DNA of 64,000 bases from Nymphaea colorata (Eukaryota). The stretch spans positions 9,858,001-9,922,000 of the forward strand of contig NC_045138.2 in NCBI RefSeq assembly GCF_008831285.2, written 5' to 3'. The stretch's first letter is position 1, and the number at the start of each line of letters is the position of its first letter. This document shows positions 12,831 through 25,612 of this stretch, in pieces. The notes under the pieces were generated by a model. It searched no databases. It saw only the letters and a program-made list of their open reading frames with translations, and was not told where the DNA came from. The translations under genes were made by a program, and so were the position numbers.

Positions 12831-15800
12831 GACCTTGGGCCCAAAGTCTGAAATTAGATCCAAATCAACTATCAAACTGAAAAAATGATTAAAAGCAATA
12901 AAATCTATTCGAATAAATTGGGTACAATCTCTTGAAAAAAGTTAAGGTGATAAAATTTGACCCTCTTTATCACTAAGTCTGCCATGCTTACTAGCAAAGG
13001 TAAGCACTGTAAATTTTGGAAACAAATGCATGTTTGGAATGACATCTTCAGTTTAACTCCTTACCTTAATGAGTTATTTGAGTTTTTTGTAGGTTTAACC
13101 TCTTACTTGCACGGGTTTGCTTACCTAAGTGGGTTTCTTTGGCTTGCATCATAGATTTAACCCCTTACCTGCATGACTTGTTCTGAGGTTTTTTTTTATA
13201 CTACTTCTAAAAGAACAGCCCCAATGTAATCATTATTTTTACAACCGAGGAAGTTTCAAAGGTATAAGAGATAAAATGTGGAGAACATAAGTATTTGCCA
13301 TTGTGAATGCAAGGGAATTAAGCATAGAACTTCTTGAGGTGAAGAGCGTTAATATGATTGGTAAGTTCCACCCCGTCAACATCAATCAATCTATATGAAT
13401 TATTGGGCAAGGCTTCCTTAACAACATATAGGTATTCCCAATTCGATGTTCATTTGTCCACGAGGTCATCCTCTGAGATATACCATAAATCATATGACTA
13501 AGTCATTCACTTTGACATGTCGCCTTATAACTAACTTGAAAAATTGTCTAGTCACCCTTTTTTGATAGGTTTCAGCATTCTCCGGCACTTTTAGCCTTTC
13601 CTAATCTTTTTTTCTGGTACTTATTTAGAAGAAGTTCTATAAGAAAAACTATCTTTTAATCGACTTCTAACATATACAACAGTAAAATCACCTCCGTTCC
13701 GTAGATTAGTTTTGCTAGAGTGGCATTTGTTAGAATTCTCATAGTAGTGCGATCTGCCCACATGACATTGTGCATCTTTTTTTGCTAATCTGGTTTGGTT
13801 TCTATTGTTTGCTTCAAATGTTGATTAGGATCTTATTGTGTCATTTGCTTACCCATTACCTTAAGAATAATAAGGAACTGAGAAATGATGCTTGATACGG
13901 TATTTGCTACATAATTATCTCACTTTTTCATTTTTGAAATGAGTCCTATTATCAAATACTATATAATGTGGGACTCTAAGTCTATACAAAAGATTCTTGT
14001 GGATGAAGGACACTACATGTTGCCTTTCTACTATCCTGAGTGTGATGACTTCTACCTATTTGGTAGAATAGTTTGTTGCAGTAAAAAAGTACTTATGACC
14101 ATTAAAAGTTATAGGAGGTATTGGTCCAACTACGTCAAATGTTTACCCTAAAAAGAGCCAAAGTGATGTTATTCAATGCAAGTAAGAGGCCGGTTCATGG
14201 ATTGTAAGGGTATGCAACTAACATTTCTTACATCTTTCACAAATTGGTTGCAATTTTTTTGCATACCACCCAATAATATCTTTCACTAACTATTTTTTTG
14301 GTAAGGGTTTGGTAACCAACATGACCCCTACAATCTGCCTAATGTGCCTCTTTGCTGACTTCCTTTGCCTCATCATCATCATGTCATCGAGAATATTCAG
14401 TACTAAATCCTCATCATGATAGTATTCTTGGAAAAATAAAGTACCTTGTTGACATATATTGAATTGGTTTCTGTTCTTAATTAGGCATTCCAGCTAGAAA
14501 TTCTCCATTATCAATGTAACTTTTGACATTGTGATATCAAAGTGTCTTCCCTTCTTGGATATAATGAACATGTTTCATCATTTTCAAATGCAAGATGCTC
14601 TAACTTCTCAATCTCAAAAGAACAGATCGCTTCATTGGCTTGACATAAGATAGTGGATCCTAGGTTCACAAAGCTATCTGCAATAGGGTTGCCATCTCTT
14701 TTTACATGATCGAGCTGCCTTCTTCAAACTGATGGACTAAGGAAGTAGCAATCTCTTGATATGGCACAAACTTCTCGTTTTTGACGTACCATTATCCATT
14801 CACTTGGTTGACAATAAGCTAAGAGTCACTCAAAACATATACCATCTTTATTTAGAAACTCAACAGAGAATGAAGTCCTTGTATGAGGGCTTCATATTCA
14901 ACCATCTTATGGGTGCATGAAAAGTCGAGTTTTAAAGAAATGGAATCGTTTCACCTTACAGAGCGATAAACAAAATCCCTATACCTACTCCCATCACATT
15001 TTTAGATTCATCAAAGAACATCTTCTACACCGGTGCCACTTTCAATCTTAACATATGCTCATCAGGAAACTCATTGTCTGCTTTGATTTCTTCATGCTAA
15101 GAAAATTCTACTAACTGATTTGCTATCACTTGTCATTAGATTGAATTTTAGGATACATATTCAATATCATACTACATCAACAACATTTGCCACTTGACAA
15201 TGCGCCCGTTAAGGAATGACTACTTTAAGACATACTTGAGAGGATTTAGTGGGAGAGTATCTTGACCTCACAAGCTAACAACTAATATATCAACTTTTGA
15301 CACATCCAAATCAGTGCTAGATAAGTTTTTTCATGAAAAAATACTTCTCTTCATGCTATAAAAAAACTTTTGCTGACATAATATTTACATGCTCGATGCG
15401 ACTCCCCTCTTCATATTGCACCAAGAAACAACTACATGCCGACTCACTGTAATGTAAGTAGAAATGGTCTTTCCAATACCAAAGTTTCAAGATTCGTGGA
15501 TTTAAAAGATACTTCTTGATCTTTTCTAATTATTGTTAGCATTCAAGACCACATTCAAATTTGACACATTTCTTTAGCAACTAGTTGAATGTTTCAAATC
15601 TCATGGCTAGATTGGAGATGAAATGTCAAATAGATTGGTTTCACACTTGCAAACTCTATAGTTTTTTATATTAGTGGGTGGTGTCATATCGATGATTGCT
15701 TCAAATTTGATAAGATTCATCTCGATCTCCTTTTTACTAACCATGAAACCTAAAAGTTTAATATATTCAACTCCAAACATGCACTTTTGAAAATTCAAAA

Positions 15801-18800
15801 TGAAGTTTATACTATAAAATGTCAACAATATATGCATCCATGATTTTGTGCATTTGATCATAGAAGATGACAGCCATGACCTTTTGATATATTGCTCCAG
15901 CATTCTTTAATCTGAATTGCATTATTGTAAGTGCCCTAGAGTGTGGTAAAGGCTGTTTTGAGCTAATCCTTGATTGTTAATTCGATTGGTTGTACCATGT
16001 ATGAACATGGCATAGCTTGTAGTGTTGTCTATGAATAGATTGATGTTTGGAAGAAAGCAGTCATCTTTTGGTGTGGCTTTATTTAGGTCTCAAAAGTCAA
16101 TACATAACCTAACTTTGCCATTCTTCTTGGCGACAACCATAATATTGGCCAACCACTCGGGATAATCGATGGCACAAATAAATTTGACCTTTAGTAAATC
16201 CTCTAAACTTTCTTTTACAGGCCCTTTCAATCTAAGATCAAATTCGCATAGTTTTTGTTTCATTGGCCTGCAATTGAGACTTAGAGGGGAAAGATGTTCA
16301 ACCAACTTGGGGTCTAGGTCTGGAATGTCTTCATAAGTCAATGCAAAAAACTTCTTGGTGACTTATAAAGAAGTTTGCCAACTTTTTTCTTTCTTCTACT
16401 GACAAACTGGTGTAAATTTGAAGGATCTTAAGATTCTCACTGGTTTTGATGTTAATTTCTTCAATTGGATCATTAATCAAATGTGACATAAATCAAATTC
16501 TTGCTTTAGAATTTGGGTAAACTCTGATAATTCTAATTTGAGTGTTGCCATAGGTTCCATTCATCAACTACTTGTTTGACAGATGCTTTTTGGTGAAACT
16601 CTCAAGCAAAAAGAAGGAACTAAGACATGTTAAGTCCCAAAGATGAGGATAAAAGAAAATTGAACAATAAAATTGACATGCATAAACAAAAGATTATTTT
16701 CATTACATATGAAAAATTTGTAGTACAAAAAGAGCATCCTCCCATGGGGCTAGATAGGAACAAGTTAAGACCACATAATTGATGGGAGGATTGAAAAACA
16801 AAGGTGATGGTGATTGGATATAAGATGTCATCTTCATTCGTACCGGCTAGTGAATGGATGATAGCCACCTTCTAAAAGCACCTAAAATCCCTTAGGGTTT
16901 TTTATGAAATGAGTATATTAAAGATGTTCTCAATAACTCAGATGACTGCTTGAAACAGTGTAGGCACTTCCAGATGATTTACCTATCTCCATATTTTGCA
17001 TCCATTCTTCCAAATATGCTTTTTTCATCGTCTTGATGTCGGGTACATCTACAAAGCCAGTTGGCCTAGGGAGTATTGGCTATACCAATCTCTTGGTCAG
17101 GTCCTCTACATGTATGGTAATGACGAATGGGCCATAATTCCACCTAATACATTGATGGAGGGTGGAGTGGATTCCTCGTACTTTAGGAATCCATAGACAT
17201 GCCAAGAGCAAGTTGTATGATAGGGGTATATCTACCACATGGAAAAGAATGCAGTGATTGGTGCATTCGATGATCATGTCCATGATGAGGGTTCCTTTGT
17301 TGTTTATGATTCGCTCATCACATTCATAGATCTTGGATTGGACAGGGCAATATTTGTCTTCACAAAAGTCCAAAGCCTTGACTATGTGATCAGAGTAAAT
17401 ATTTAAGTTGTTCCCTCTATCAATTAATACATCTTCCATGGTCCTCTTATTAATCTGGACAACAATATAGAGTGCATTTTCGTGATAGTATGTCCATTTG
17501 AAAAGATCCTTTTCTATGAAAGTGATCAATTGGTCTTGGATGCTTGAATTCAATTTTCCTTGATAAGATGTTTCTCTAAAGGCATGATTTCCTCTATATA
17601 ACATAGATCTTCATTTGAAAAGTCATATGATGACTCATCACCACCTTGCAAGAGAACGGTCTTGAGGATCAAGGCAAAATTTCTGGTTGAACTTCCTGTC
17701 TTGTTTTTCTTCATACCGATGAAGTTTATGTGTCACTTACCCTAATTAATTGTCTTCATCATAAGGTTAGTGTGCTCCTGCAGATGATACAAGAGTGTTG
17801 TGACCACTCTGATGGTTGTCTTTCTTTGATCATAAAATGGATTCTTCAGTACTTCAAGAATGTTGTCATCATCAATCTTGAGATGTTTGTTGGTGAAGTC
17901 TTGGATAATATTCTTGAGGACAAAATAATCCTTAGTGTCATGACCAAGGGCATGATGACATTTAAATACTTTTTCTTCTCACAAGTTTGACTAAGGAGAG
18001 TGAACTTCCAATCATAGCTCTAGCCTGAATGTTTATTCTTACCTTCTTCGTTCCACTTAGGTGGTTGCATGCTCTTATTAGAGTTCACTCCTTTGTCATC
18101 CTTATAGTTGTTGCTACTATCTTTTGAGGTGTTGGCATTTATTATGAAGTGGGTGTGGAGCTAGCCTTTACCTTTTTTCTTGACTTCTTCTTTGTCCTTG
18201 AGTCAAATTATTTCATCAAAATCACTTTTTTCAATTCCTTCTTCTATTGAATCTATTTGTTGATCAAATCGGCAAAGGTTTTTATTAGAGCATTGTGGAT
18301 GAGACTTTTCAAGGGTTGGACAAGGATTTTTCTGATGAGCAATAGAGATTATGTTCTATAAATAGGTTCTTGCATTTTGGTGCATTGAATTTACCATCTT
18401 TCAATAAATTCTCAAGCATGTTATTCTTGTTTCTGATGAAGACTGCATAGCATACTAAGAATTAGAGCCATGGGGACATTTTGCTCAAATCTCTTGATAA
18501 ATATGTTGATCAATTTATTGAATTACTTGAGTTCAACTGGTTAACTTTTTCTTCATACCATTGTGTAGTGATGCCTTCAAGACTCCTTGGGAAGTAGCAA
18601 AACAAGGCTCTATTATTTGTCTAGATCTTATAGCGACCATTGATAAATGTTGAGTGATGAACATGTAGACAGGTGGTTCCATCATACTTGACAAACTCCT
18701 TATGCAAACCATTCATGTCCTCATCTCTTTCAATGATTAGGTAGTAGTCTTCACATAAGTATGAGTGGTTTCCTTTCTCTTTAAGTTTAAAGTTATTCAT

Positions 18801-19101
18801 TCTTTTCTCCATCTCGTAAAACTTTCGTTGGAACAAACTTTTGTTCATTTGAATCTGACATTATATCTTTCCCTTTTGCCCTTAACTTCTTTCCTTTTCT
18901 CCTCAAACTCTTGCTGCTTGAGCTATAGATCGGGGTATATTTCCTTTTCTTCCCCTTCTTGACAAGCTTTCTTTTCTTTTTCATCTTCTCCTAAGAACTT
19001 TCACTTGAGATGGGACTAAGTGAGTTGTTATCTTCCATGATCAATTTTCCTTTCTTGCACTTTTTTGCTGCCATCTTCTTCTTTAGTAGGGGGGTTCAGG
19101 C

Positions 19102-19782
19102 TAAGCCTGGGAGTCGGGCTGGGCCGCCACCAGCCCAGCCCGATCGGACCCGGGTCCGGGATGGAAAAAACCTGGCCCGGGCCGGGCCCAGGCCCGATAG
19201 GCCAGCCCGGCCCAGCCCGACTCCCGCCCTACATCCCCTGCTCCACCTCCTCCTCCGTCCCCCCTCTCCCTCTCCCTCCTCCTCTCTGCTCCCGCTCTCC
19301 CTCTCCCTTCCCGTCTCCCTCTCCGCTCCCCCTCCCCTTCTCCCTCTCCGCTCCCTCTCCACTCCCCCTCTCCCTCTCCCTCCTCCTCTCCACTCCCGCT
19401 CTCCCTCTCCCTCTCCCTCTCCCTCTCCCTCCTCCTCTCCACTCTCCCTCTCCCTCTCCACTCCCCCTCTCCGCACCCCCTCTCCCTCTCTGCTCCCGCT
19501 CCCCCACTCCCTCTCCCTCTCCCTCCTCCTCTGTCTCCTTCACCACTCGCCCTCCTCCTCTGTCCCCCTCCCCCTCCTCCTGCAGGCCCGTGTGGGCCGT
19601 GGGGGGGACCCAACTCCGTAGCCGGAGGGTGACGGGAGGGCGGGGGAAAAGGGGGTCGGGAGGGCGGGCCGGCGGGGGGAAAGGTGGTCGAGGAGAGGGA
19701 AAGGGGGTCGGGAGGGCGAGCCGGGCCGGGTCCGGGTCGGGCTAAGTGGGCTCGGGCCGGCCCGGCCCGATGCCCACCCCTA
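19102..19782. mobile_element. Non-autonomous hAT element (681 bp, very GC-rich) inserted in the gag region of Ogre/Tat copy A
   Basis: Perfect 8-bp TSD GTTCAGGC (19094-19101 and 19783-19790). Left end TAAGCCTGGGAGTCGGGCTGGGCCG versus reverse-complemented right end TAGGGGTGGGCATCGGGCCGGGCCG. Subterminal GGCCC/CCCGA repeats. Absent from copy B. Confidence 0.9.
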
Positions 19783-20229
19783 GTTCAGGCTTTGTATGTG
19801 AAGACTTGTTGTTCTTCTAGTTTCTTTTTTTGCTTGGTAGGCTTTTCACTTGCCTGTTTTTGGAGTAACTGTCAGTGTCTTTTGCTCTTCTTGCTTCTTG
19901 ATGAATCATTCCATAAACAATTAAAACATATGGTAACCTCCTGGTTCCATTGCTAGGAAGCCAAATGTTTATGTCATAGGACTAGAAGATGATGCTTCAT
20001 TCTGAGGGGCCTACTTAGCTTATGTCTTTCTTCAACCATTCTGTTGGTTTAAAATATTCACCTTATAAGTTAGGAAAATGTCGCTGGAAAGAAATAACGA
20101 CAAAATGAGGATTCATATTACATTAAGAGTTTAAAGATTACTTTCAAATAAAAACATTGACGGGTTAAAGACAACAACAACTAAAGGCACTAGAAAGAAG
20201 GAGTACTGAGTTGACAATAGATGGTGGTC

Positions 20230-21150
20230 AGTTGGCATCTACCACCCGGCATATCCATTCTTTACTACCAGTCCTGTGAACCAAGTGTAGGATATCTATG
20301 TCAAGCATGAACAGTGCTGCCATTGGGAAGAATTGAGGTCCAATTCTGGAATAGTTCTAATTAGTATATGCATGAAAACCTTCTTTAGTCTTTAAGAGAA
20401 TTGTTGCATGCATCTATCGGCACAATAATAAGCTTTGGAATAGAATCCCAAGAGTATGGATCGACCATGCTAGTGGTGAGTGTATTTAGGTGGATTCTGG
20501 CGACGATCATAACAATCCCAAATTATCTCTTTTTCTTCTAGTTGCTTGATCAAATCACGTTATTGCTCCAAAATGATCATAACATGTGCATCCTTCTATA
20601 TAATCTATCTCTTTGATAGTGAAACTAGTGAGCCGACGGTAAAGGAAAACCAATGTCATCATTTTCCTAACACATGTTGGGTCCCTCTATGACCCCATAT
20701 TCAGACAAGTTGGGCAATGCAAACATTTAAAAGGTCTTGTTGGTGAAAAGGGTCTAGTATCTGATTCTTCATATTACTTTTTGAGATAAAGTGGAAGGCT
20801 AAGTATATGCTCTAAACTCTTCATGTAAGTTCTTTAAGTTGATGCTTTGATTCTCATTATTTTCTATTGATTGGTAAAGTGAGTCTTAAAGTCATTGACT
20901 TTAACTTTAGTTGGGTTCATAAGAAATTATTTATACAACGGGTCATTTGTATTACAAAGCAGGTAGGAAGGTCTAGTATTTCAGCAAACTCATCCAATAA
21001 TAGTGTCATTTTTCACCAAGGAAACCAAAAAGAGGAGGTGCTTGGGTACCATCATTTGGCAATAGTATGCACCAAATTTTTGTCCACAGATTAGATTATT
21101 CTAGCTGCTACTGTCTTTAATACACACTCTTCAGGCAGAAAGGAAACATG
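20230..21150 (-). pseudogene. Extra ORF upstream of gag in copy A, Plant Mobile Domain (PMD)-like; decayed
   Basis: Minus-strand translation with one frameshift gives VDKNLVHTIAK*WYPSTSSFWFPW/EMTLLLDEFAEILDLP, and later YCADRCMQQF. These resemble PMD motifs ALVERW.PET.TFH.P.GEMTITLEDV..LLGLP and DRV.RQFG. Confidence 0.7.
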
Positions 21151-22199
21151 AGAGAGAAGGTGTGATGCCAATACCGATATGTAGGTAGACCTTACGGGGC
21201 CCTCCCAAAAGATAATGTGATCATAAAAGAATACATCTTGAATGTAGACTCTAAAGGATAGAGAATAAATTAGTAGAAATGGTTGACAAAGTTAACAAGG
21301 ATGACACGAGAAGGAGGTATATAATGAAGTTGTAAATCACTAAACAAGGTTTATGTACATCCAACTCTTTAAACCACATGCATCTATCATGTAAAATTTT
21401 TGAAAAAGGTTATAAAGGTCTAATTGAAATAATTTTGTGTCATGATAATCAAGGTATGTTCATATATTTTAGTCAAATGACTTAGTACTAGCATAAATTC
21501 TTCTTTAGGCAACTAATGGTGGCTTTTCTTCATTTCTGTTTGGTCACCCATCAATATACTATAAATTACTACTCATATACTAACGAGGGGGCTTTCTCAC
21601 CCAAGGTGTGGTCCAGTTATAAGGTTTAGTATTGTGTTACTGCCTAAGATGATGCCCGGTAACATGATGACCAAAACAAATAGGTAGAAGAAATTTTTGT
21701 AATATGAGCAAACATGCAAAATCGGTTGTCTCTAATGCAGTGTTGCCTAAGATGGTGATTAAAATAATGTAGAAGAACAAACATTGCTTTCAATCAAATC
21801 TTAAATCGAGGAGAGTTGTATTCGATCCTAAATCTAGGTAAACATAATTGAACCTCCTCAATTAGTCCTATATTTATATAGTACAAAAATATTTTGTTAT
21901 TTTTCTCAAGAAACCTTTCAAGAACCATATTGTTTAGTGATTTCATGTGTCTTACATAAGGCAAAACCATGAAGTGTTATAGTAACATGACATATGATCA
22001 CACAAATAAAGCAGTGTCAAGACTTTTAATCTATAGAGGCACTTGATAAGAATAGCATTATATTTTTAAAACACATATTTTATAAATAGTTGTTTTAAAA
22101 GTGCCATGTCATTTTTCCAAAAAATATCATATAATTATATCTAATGTCGTATCATGCTCCAAAAAACAAATTCTAAATCATGTACTTTAAAATATGTTT

Positions 22200-24100
22200 T
22201 AAAGAACATAAAAATTCTTCGCGCAAACATGTCTTTCCCTTTATTTCCTTTGTTGTTTCTCTTTGTGGTGGTTCTTCTACTCTTTCCTCTCAACCGTTTA
22301 CTTTCGCTTTGAATTTTGGTGGTTTGAGGATCACAATTTCATTACTGCCATCCCAGTTGGTGGTTCACCCCATTACAGGACATTCAGCCACTGCCTACCT
22401 TTCCCATAAACTACGTATCATCTTAATAATGCCATCGATTGGAAATAGACCTCGTCGAACCAGAAGTTCCTGACACAATGATATCTAACAGCTTCAGTCT
22501 GCCACCTCCCTTTTTAATTATGAATCTGCCTGCCTCTGTTCCACCACCTCATTCAGGAGTGACAAATCCAAAACTCCATTTGTTGGCATTAGGGATGTCA
22601 AATAGGTTGGCTTTCATGGGGTGTCTACAACATATGTTTCATCCACCTCATGACCATTATTAATAAGTACTAATCTTACTTTGCCTTCCTTTGGTGTTCA
22701 GTCTTTCACTAGAGGGTGACATCTTCCAGGCTTTAAGTAATTTTTGTTCCTTTTACCATCAGGAGCCTATGCTCTTGACCACTCTCTAGAATTTCCTTAT
22801 GGCAAGACTGTCTCCTTGTCCTCATCAATTAGGGCACCATCTCCCCACAGAAGATCATGATCAGCCTCTAGGGTCTTAAGCCAGGAAGTTCTCATGGTTC
22901 CCCCTGGAGTTCTTCCATCATTTTTATGATTTTTATCTTGACCAACTTCTTCCTTGCATATTGCCGCAAAGTTGGTCCTACTTAAGAAGTTGAATCGTGT
23001 TGTCTGTGTCCTTATCTCTAAGGGAGCTGAACCCTGGGCATATCCTTGACATTTGGCGCATTTCCATCTTGGTAACCCATACAAGCTCATCACTAGGCTC
23101 TTGGATTATCGTCTTAGCCCTCTTATGCATATGTTTACTAGCCCTGCAACTAGGTGTTACCTTTCTCTTCTGCATGTTCACCTGCAACCGTCTTTTATGT
23201 CGAGGCATGTTTAGGTTGTAAGGCGTCCATCCTGCTTTTTGCTTGTCTTGGTCTTAAGATATCTCTTGGCATGCCCCCGCTTCCTTATGAATCGACCTTA
23301 AGCATTGTTTGCTTTAATGCATTCAGGGTTGGTAAAGCAATATGGTCAGATAAATCACTCTCATCTGAGTCGCCTCCTTGCCCTTTCCGTATCTTTCTTT
23401 TAGCTAGTTTTTTTTTCCATTTGATTGTGTTGCACATTGGTATATTGTTCCACACTCTTATCTCCTGAGGGGTCTCAGGATCGAAGGCTTTGTCGTATGA
23501 GCATTTGGTGATGGTAGATTGCCACTTATGACGACACACTTAGAAAAGTTTCACCTTCATCCATGTTAAGAATGGCTACAACGTCATGCCTTGTCACAAC
23601 TCTGCTCTCTGCCTTTTGCCTCCCACCATTGGAATGCCAACACCTCTACCTTGCCCCAGTTCCTTCACCATGCCCCTCTCTTATTGACGGCTCCTCTGCT
23701 AGTCCCCTCAAACCCTCTTGCTACCATGCTGCCTTTGGGTGTTCCTTTCAATAGCTCCTAATGGGTCCTTTGGTTCCTTGGTCTTCCTCTTGTGCCACCA
23801 TTTTTGTCTGGTTGCTGTGCCACGTTAACACTTCCAATCATTTAAAGTGCCTTCTTTCCACTTGGTTAGTTGGTCTATCCTTTGTCGTTCTATAGTTGAG
23901 TCGTCCCATCACTTCTTCACCTCCTGTTCTTCCTTTTCCTTTTGGCAGCTCCTCTCCTATGCTTGGGCCTCCTTATCTGCTTCCTTCTTTGATATGCTTT
24001 CCTGATTTTCCACTGTCAGTTGCTCCTTTGTTCCCCTTCATCATCCATGCCTAAAGCTTGGCTGTTTATGCGGCAACCATGATTTCTCAGTTGCAGGTGG
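22200..24100 (-). other. Decayed coding-like stretch, possibly a LINE ORF1 remnant
   Basis: Purine-rich minus strand with broken K/R/G/E-rich ORFs. Weak resemblance to L1 ORF1 (EILESG...MVKGTKIT; LFDIP...W). No decisive motif. Confidence 0.3.
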
Positions 24101-24123
24101 TGGAATTGGAAAGAGCATAACAA

Positions 24124-24338
24124 TAGGGGCGGAGGGAGGGGGGGCCACCTAGGCTGTGGCCCCACCCTAGCTAAGTAAAAAAAAAAATTACTTTAAAAGA
24201 TTTGAAAATTTTTAGTTATCTAATGTATTTTTGTATTTTGATTTAGTTTAGCCCTACCCAAATAAATTTGTTGGACTGTTTGGCTCGGTTAAACGATCGT
24301 TTGACCCATCACTGGAAAAACTCCTGGCTCCGCCCCTG
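24124..24338. mobile_element. hAT-type MITE, 215 bp
   Basis: TIRs TAGGGGCGGAG / CTCCGCCCCTG. Perfect 8-bp TSD CATAACAA at 24116-24123 and 24339-24346. Confidence 0.92.
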
Positions 24339-24659
24339 CATAACAATAATGTGTTTAGAGATGATACTGCATCTCTCAACTCCATTTGCTATTTTGACAA
24401 GAGAGACCTTCACCTTGTTCTTCGTATATGTTGTAGGATACAATTTCATGTCTAGTTGAGGGCACCAAGATAGACTGGATTTTTTTTGTAAACAAGTGAT
24501 TTCTTGTCACTTTTTCCTTGATTTAATTTCTCATTGCCTATGCACTTTCAACGGCCCCTCTCTCTCTCATATGATTCTTTCCCTAACAATTGAAAAAAAA
24601 ACATGTAAACTATAAACTAAACAAAACCCTAAATTTCATATGATGCAATTTTTTGTTTG

Positions 24660-25140
24660 CTTCCAAAATGATGGTTAAGGAATCTATAGATGACGAATCT
24701 GGTTTCTATAAAACTAGCTTGGATAATAAATGTTTTCAAAACGCGTTTTTCGCATAAAACATAGTTCTTTTTCTTTTAACAAACATGCAAATAATTTTCA
24801 AAACTGGTTGAGAAACCAAGTTGTCACGAAACTTATGGGACATTTAAATGAAGCCCTCAAAAATACAAAGGCAATTTTTTTAAAACCTAGTTAACATCCC
24901 AGCTTCTAAAACTTAGTTTAGATGTTTGGATAAACAAGGCTTGGGGGAGGGGTCAAGAAGCAGCTTTGCCTGAAAAACCTAAAGGGATGCCCTTTATGAA
25001 AACCAGATTTTGTCAGATTAGGTTTTAGGAAAACCCAAATTTAAATATCATCCAAACATGCCTGAAATGACGTATAAACGAGCGGTCATCCAAATGGCCC
25101 TCTCAGTTTTTTATCAGTGTCGTAGTGTCATCCAAACACA
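24660..25140. mobile_element. Cluster of degenerate Tourist/PIF-Harbinger-like MITE termini upstream of SWI3B
   Basis: TGTTTGGAT at about 24923, and TCATCCAAA-containing motifs at about 25048, 25087 and 25128. No clean TSD pairs resolved. Confidence 0.4.
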
Positions 25141-25410
25141 AACTAAGTATTTGAAAACGGGTTAATGCACAAAACGTTGTTAAGCAGAATTCTGCCCAAC
25201 ATTATGATTATCATAAAGTAGTGAACAGGTATGAACAAGAGAGTTGCGGATAACAGATTCAAATCCCAAACTTTTTCCCTCGCCGCCCCCGCCTTGCGGG
25301 TTCTGGTCTGGTGCGGATTCGGGTCAAAGTGGATCCAAAGAAGGCCCGCATCGCGATAAAATTGCCCAGGTGCCTAGCTTGACTCTGGCGCGCGCGCCTT
25401 CTCGCTGACG

Positions 25411-25612
25411 ATGGACGCTGCATCCACGCCGGAGAAACCCCCGCCACCGCCGGAGACATCTCTCACGCCGGAGACCGCTCTCACGCCGGAGTCGGCAGGT
25501 GAACCAGAACGAAAGCCACTAGAGCAGAAGGAGCCCTCTGCTCCACGCACTACTCGCCCGCCTGATGCGGCTGTTTCCGGGGTCGACCGGGTTACGGTCC
25601 CAAGCTACGGAA
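25411..25612 (+). CDS. SWI3B: SWI3B exon 1
   Basis: ATG at 25411; ends ...VPSYG A|GTAAG (phase 1). Confidence 0.85.

Noticed and set aside
19010..19745. Overlapping 105-226 aa Pro/Ser/Leu- and Gly/Arg/Glu-rich ORFs on both strands
   Set aside because: They are artefacts of the stop-free, low-complexity GC-rich hAT element.
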